Origin: a virus | Lineage: Duplodnaviria; Heunggongvirae; Uroviricota; Caudoviricetes | IMG/VR virus record: IMGVR_UViG_2695420859_000007 | Location: 1 to 7,682 of that record | Length of the DNA stretch: 7,682 nucleotides | Direction: 5' to 3' (one strand) | In this document: in pieces, positions 6,578 through 7,682 of the stretch | Position numbering within the stretch: position 1 is the first letter of the stretch | Layout: each line of letters opens with the position of its first letter | Notes under the pieces: generated by a model | The model's database searches: none | Told to the model about the DNA's origin: nothing | The model's input: the letters and a program-made list of their open reading frames with translations, nothing else | Position numbers and translations under genes: made by a program

Positions 6578-6582
6578 CAAAG

Positions 6583-7404
6583 CTATCTGGTCACCTTTTT
6601 CAGTTGTTGTTCTGCCCATGCTTCTTCAATATCAAACTGCACCACCAGCGTATCGTAAAAACGTTTAACTGTTTTTTTCCATGTATCAAGAGATATGGCA
6701 TCGGTTACATTACATATGGCATTAAATGCCTCCGTTGAAGGTAATCTTTCATAGCCACGACCACCACAACGCTGGCAGTCTCTGATAACAGGCATACCAC
6801 GTTTTACCGACTCTTCACGATGAATGGCAACACCTCGCCCACGACAATCTTTACAGGCGGTGGAAACCTCCCCCTTCCCTCCACACTCCGGACAGGCAAC
6901 TTTTACCACCTCCCTGACTTTTTTCCATTCCTCCCAGTAAGACGGATACACGCCTTTTGTGCACTTTGCCCACACTGGCGGCTTACCATCCGGATACTGG
7001 ATCTTGTTTGTAAAAACCTCGCTTTCAATAAATTTTTTTCCGTGACAACAGGGGCACTGTTTTTTGCTCGCCGCGCTACGGGCATAATCTTCAAACGCAT
7101 ACGAAGCCATAATACGCATCACTGCCGGTTTTATTTCTGCCGGGAGTTTTCTTAACGCCGCCACGCGATCACACCGACTGAGTGCATATTCTGTCAGCAA
7201 TTCTGTTGCCCGCTCTCTGTCATTCATACTAATGCCCATTTTCCCAAGGAACGCAGAAAACCCCATCTCAGCCCAATTCTGTGTCATGCCCTGCGCAGCC
7301 ATCACATCAGTGATACTCAGCGTATCTTTCGACGTTGAGGCCGATGCATCAGTCAGGCCGGGGGATTTTGGGGAGTAGTATTTCGGTAAATCTTCCAGTT
7401 TCAT
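6583..7404 (-). CDS. Q: Late-gene antiterminator Q (lambda Q family, carrying an extra Cys-rich insertion)
   Basis: 273 aa. The N-terminus (MKLEDLPKYYSPKSPG...TDVMAAQGM) and C-terminus (YDTLVVQ...KKVTR) line up with lambda Q as I remember it. It has four CxxCxGxG motifs (CPCCHGKK, CPECGGKG, CKDCRGRG, CQRCGGRG). It sits directly downstream of rusA and upstream of a lambda pR'-like promoter. Confidence 0.8.
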   Translation of the reverse strand: MKLEDLPKYYSPKSPGLTDASASTSKDTLSITDVMAAQGMTQNWAEMGFSAFLGKMGISMNDRERATELLTEYALSRCDRVAALRKLPAEIKPAVMRIMASYAFEDYARSAASKKQCPCCHGKKFIESEVFTNKIQYPDGKPPVWAKCTKGVYPSYWEEWKKVREVVKVACPECGGKGEVSTACKDCRGRGVAIHREESVKRGMPVIRDCQRCGGRGYERLPSTEAFNAICNVTDAISLDTWKKTVKRFYDTLVVQFDIEEAWAEQQLKKVTR

Positions 7405-7682
7405 TTTTTGACCTGCCCTTCAAGCATTATGGGGTAAATCTTCACCCCCAGACGTCCACCAGATACTGGCTGAGCACGAACGATATTGATTTCATCAAAC
7501 TGCTCATCGTCCATTAGCAACCCCGCATGCGTCAGCGCATCCAGCGGCGCTTTCAGAATATTGTCCAAGTCACGGCGGCGCTTATCCGGTGGCTCGGCAA
7601 TAATCTTTATCGCCAGCCTTCCGGACAGGCTTAATTTCAGCCGCTGCTGGCGAACAATAAGCGCCACAGCCCGGCGATAACG
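7401..7682 (-). CDS. rusA: Holliday-junction resolvase RusA, partial (N-terminus lies beyond the window end)
   Basis: The translation contains the RusA signature PDKRRRDLDN...DALTHAG...DDEQ. The reading frame stays open to the window edge, so the GTG at 7667 in the ORF track is not the true start. Its stop overlaps the Q start (ATGA), the lambdoid rusA-Q arrangement. Confidence 0.75.
   Translation of the reverse strand, partial: RYRRAVALIVRQQRLKLSLSGRLAIKIIAEPPDKRRRDLDNILKAPLDALTHAGLLMDDEQFDEINIVRAQPVSGGRLGVKIYPIMLEGQVKK

Noticed and set aside
5413-6582. stx genes or tRNA genes (ileZ/argN/argO) expected between Q and nanS-p in Stx phages
   Set aside because: No AB5-toxin-like ORF and no tRNA-like T-arm or cloverleaf seen by eye; the interval holds a TerB-like remnant instead. 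A tRNA scan would settle it.
6820-7155. Plus- and minus-strand ORFs inside Q (6820..7155 and 6903..7100)
   Set aside because: Embedded within or antisense to the Q coding frame.
1-7682. CRISPR array, IS element or integrase
   Set aside because: No direct-repeat/spacer periodicity, no terminal inverted repeats flanking a transposase-like ORF, and no integrase-like ORF in the window.

Overview
This window is the late-gene control and lysis region of a lambdoid, Stx-phage-like prophage (enterobacterial), with every credible gene on the minus strand. Reading high to low coordinates: rusA (5' end cut by the window edge), antiterminator Q, a lambda-like pR'/qut late promoter, a decayed TerB-like pseudogene where Stx phages carry stx, the nanS-p esterase, an S21-type pinholin, an unrecognised 329-aa moron between holin and endolysin, a SAR endolysin R, a cluster of tiny hydrophobic ORFs, the spanins Rz/Rz1, and a 74-aa ORF coupled to Rz. 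The most likely candidate for a novel accessory or defence function is the 329-aa gene inserted inside the lysis cassette, followed by the small membrane ORFs between R and Rz. No stx genes, tRNAs, CRISPR arrays or IS elements were seen. All identifications rest on reading the six-frame translations and on remembered family sequences; no search was run.
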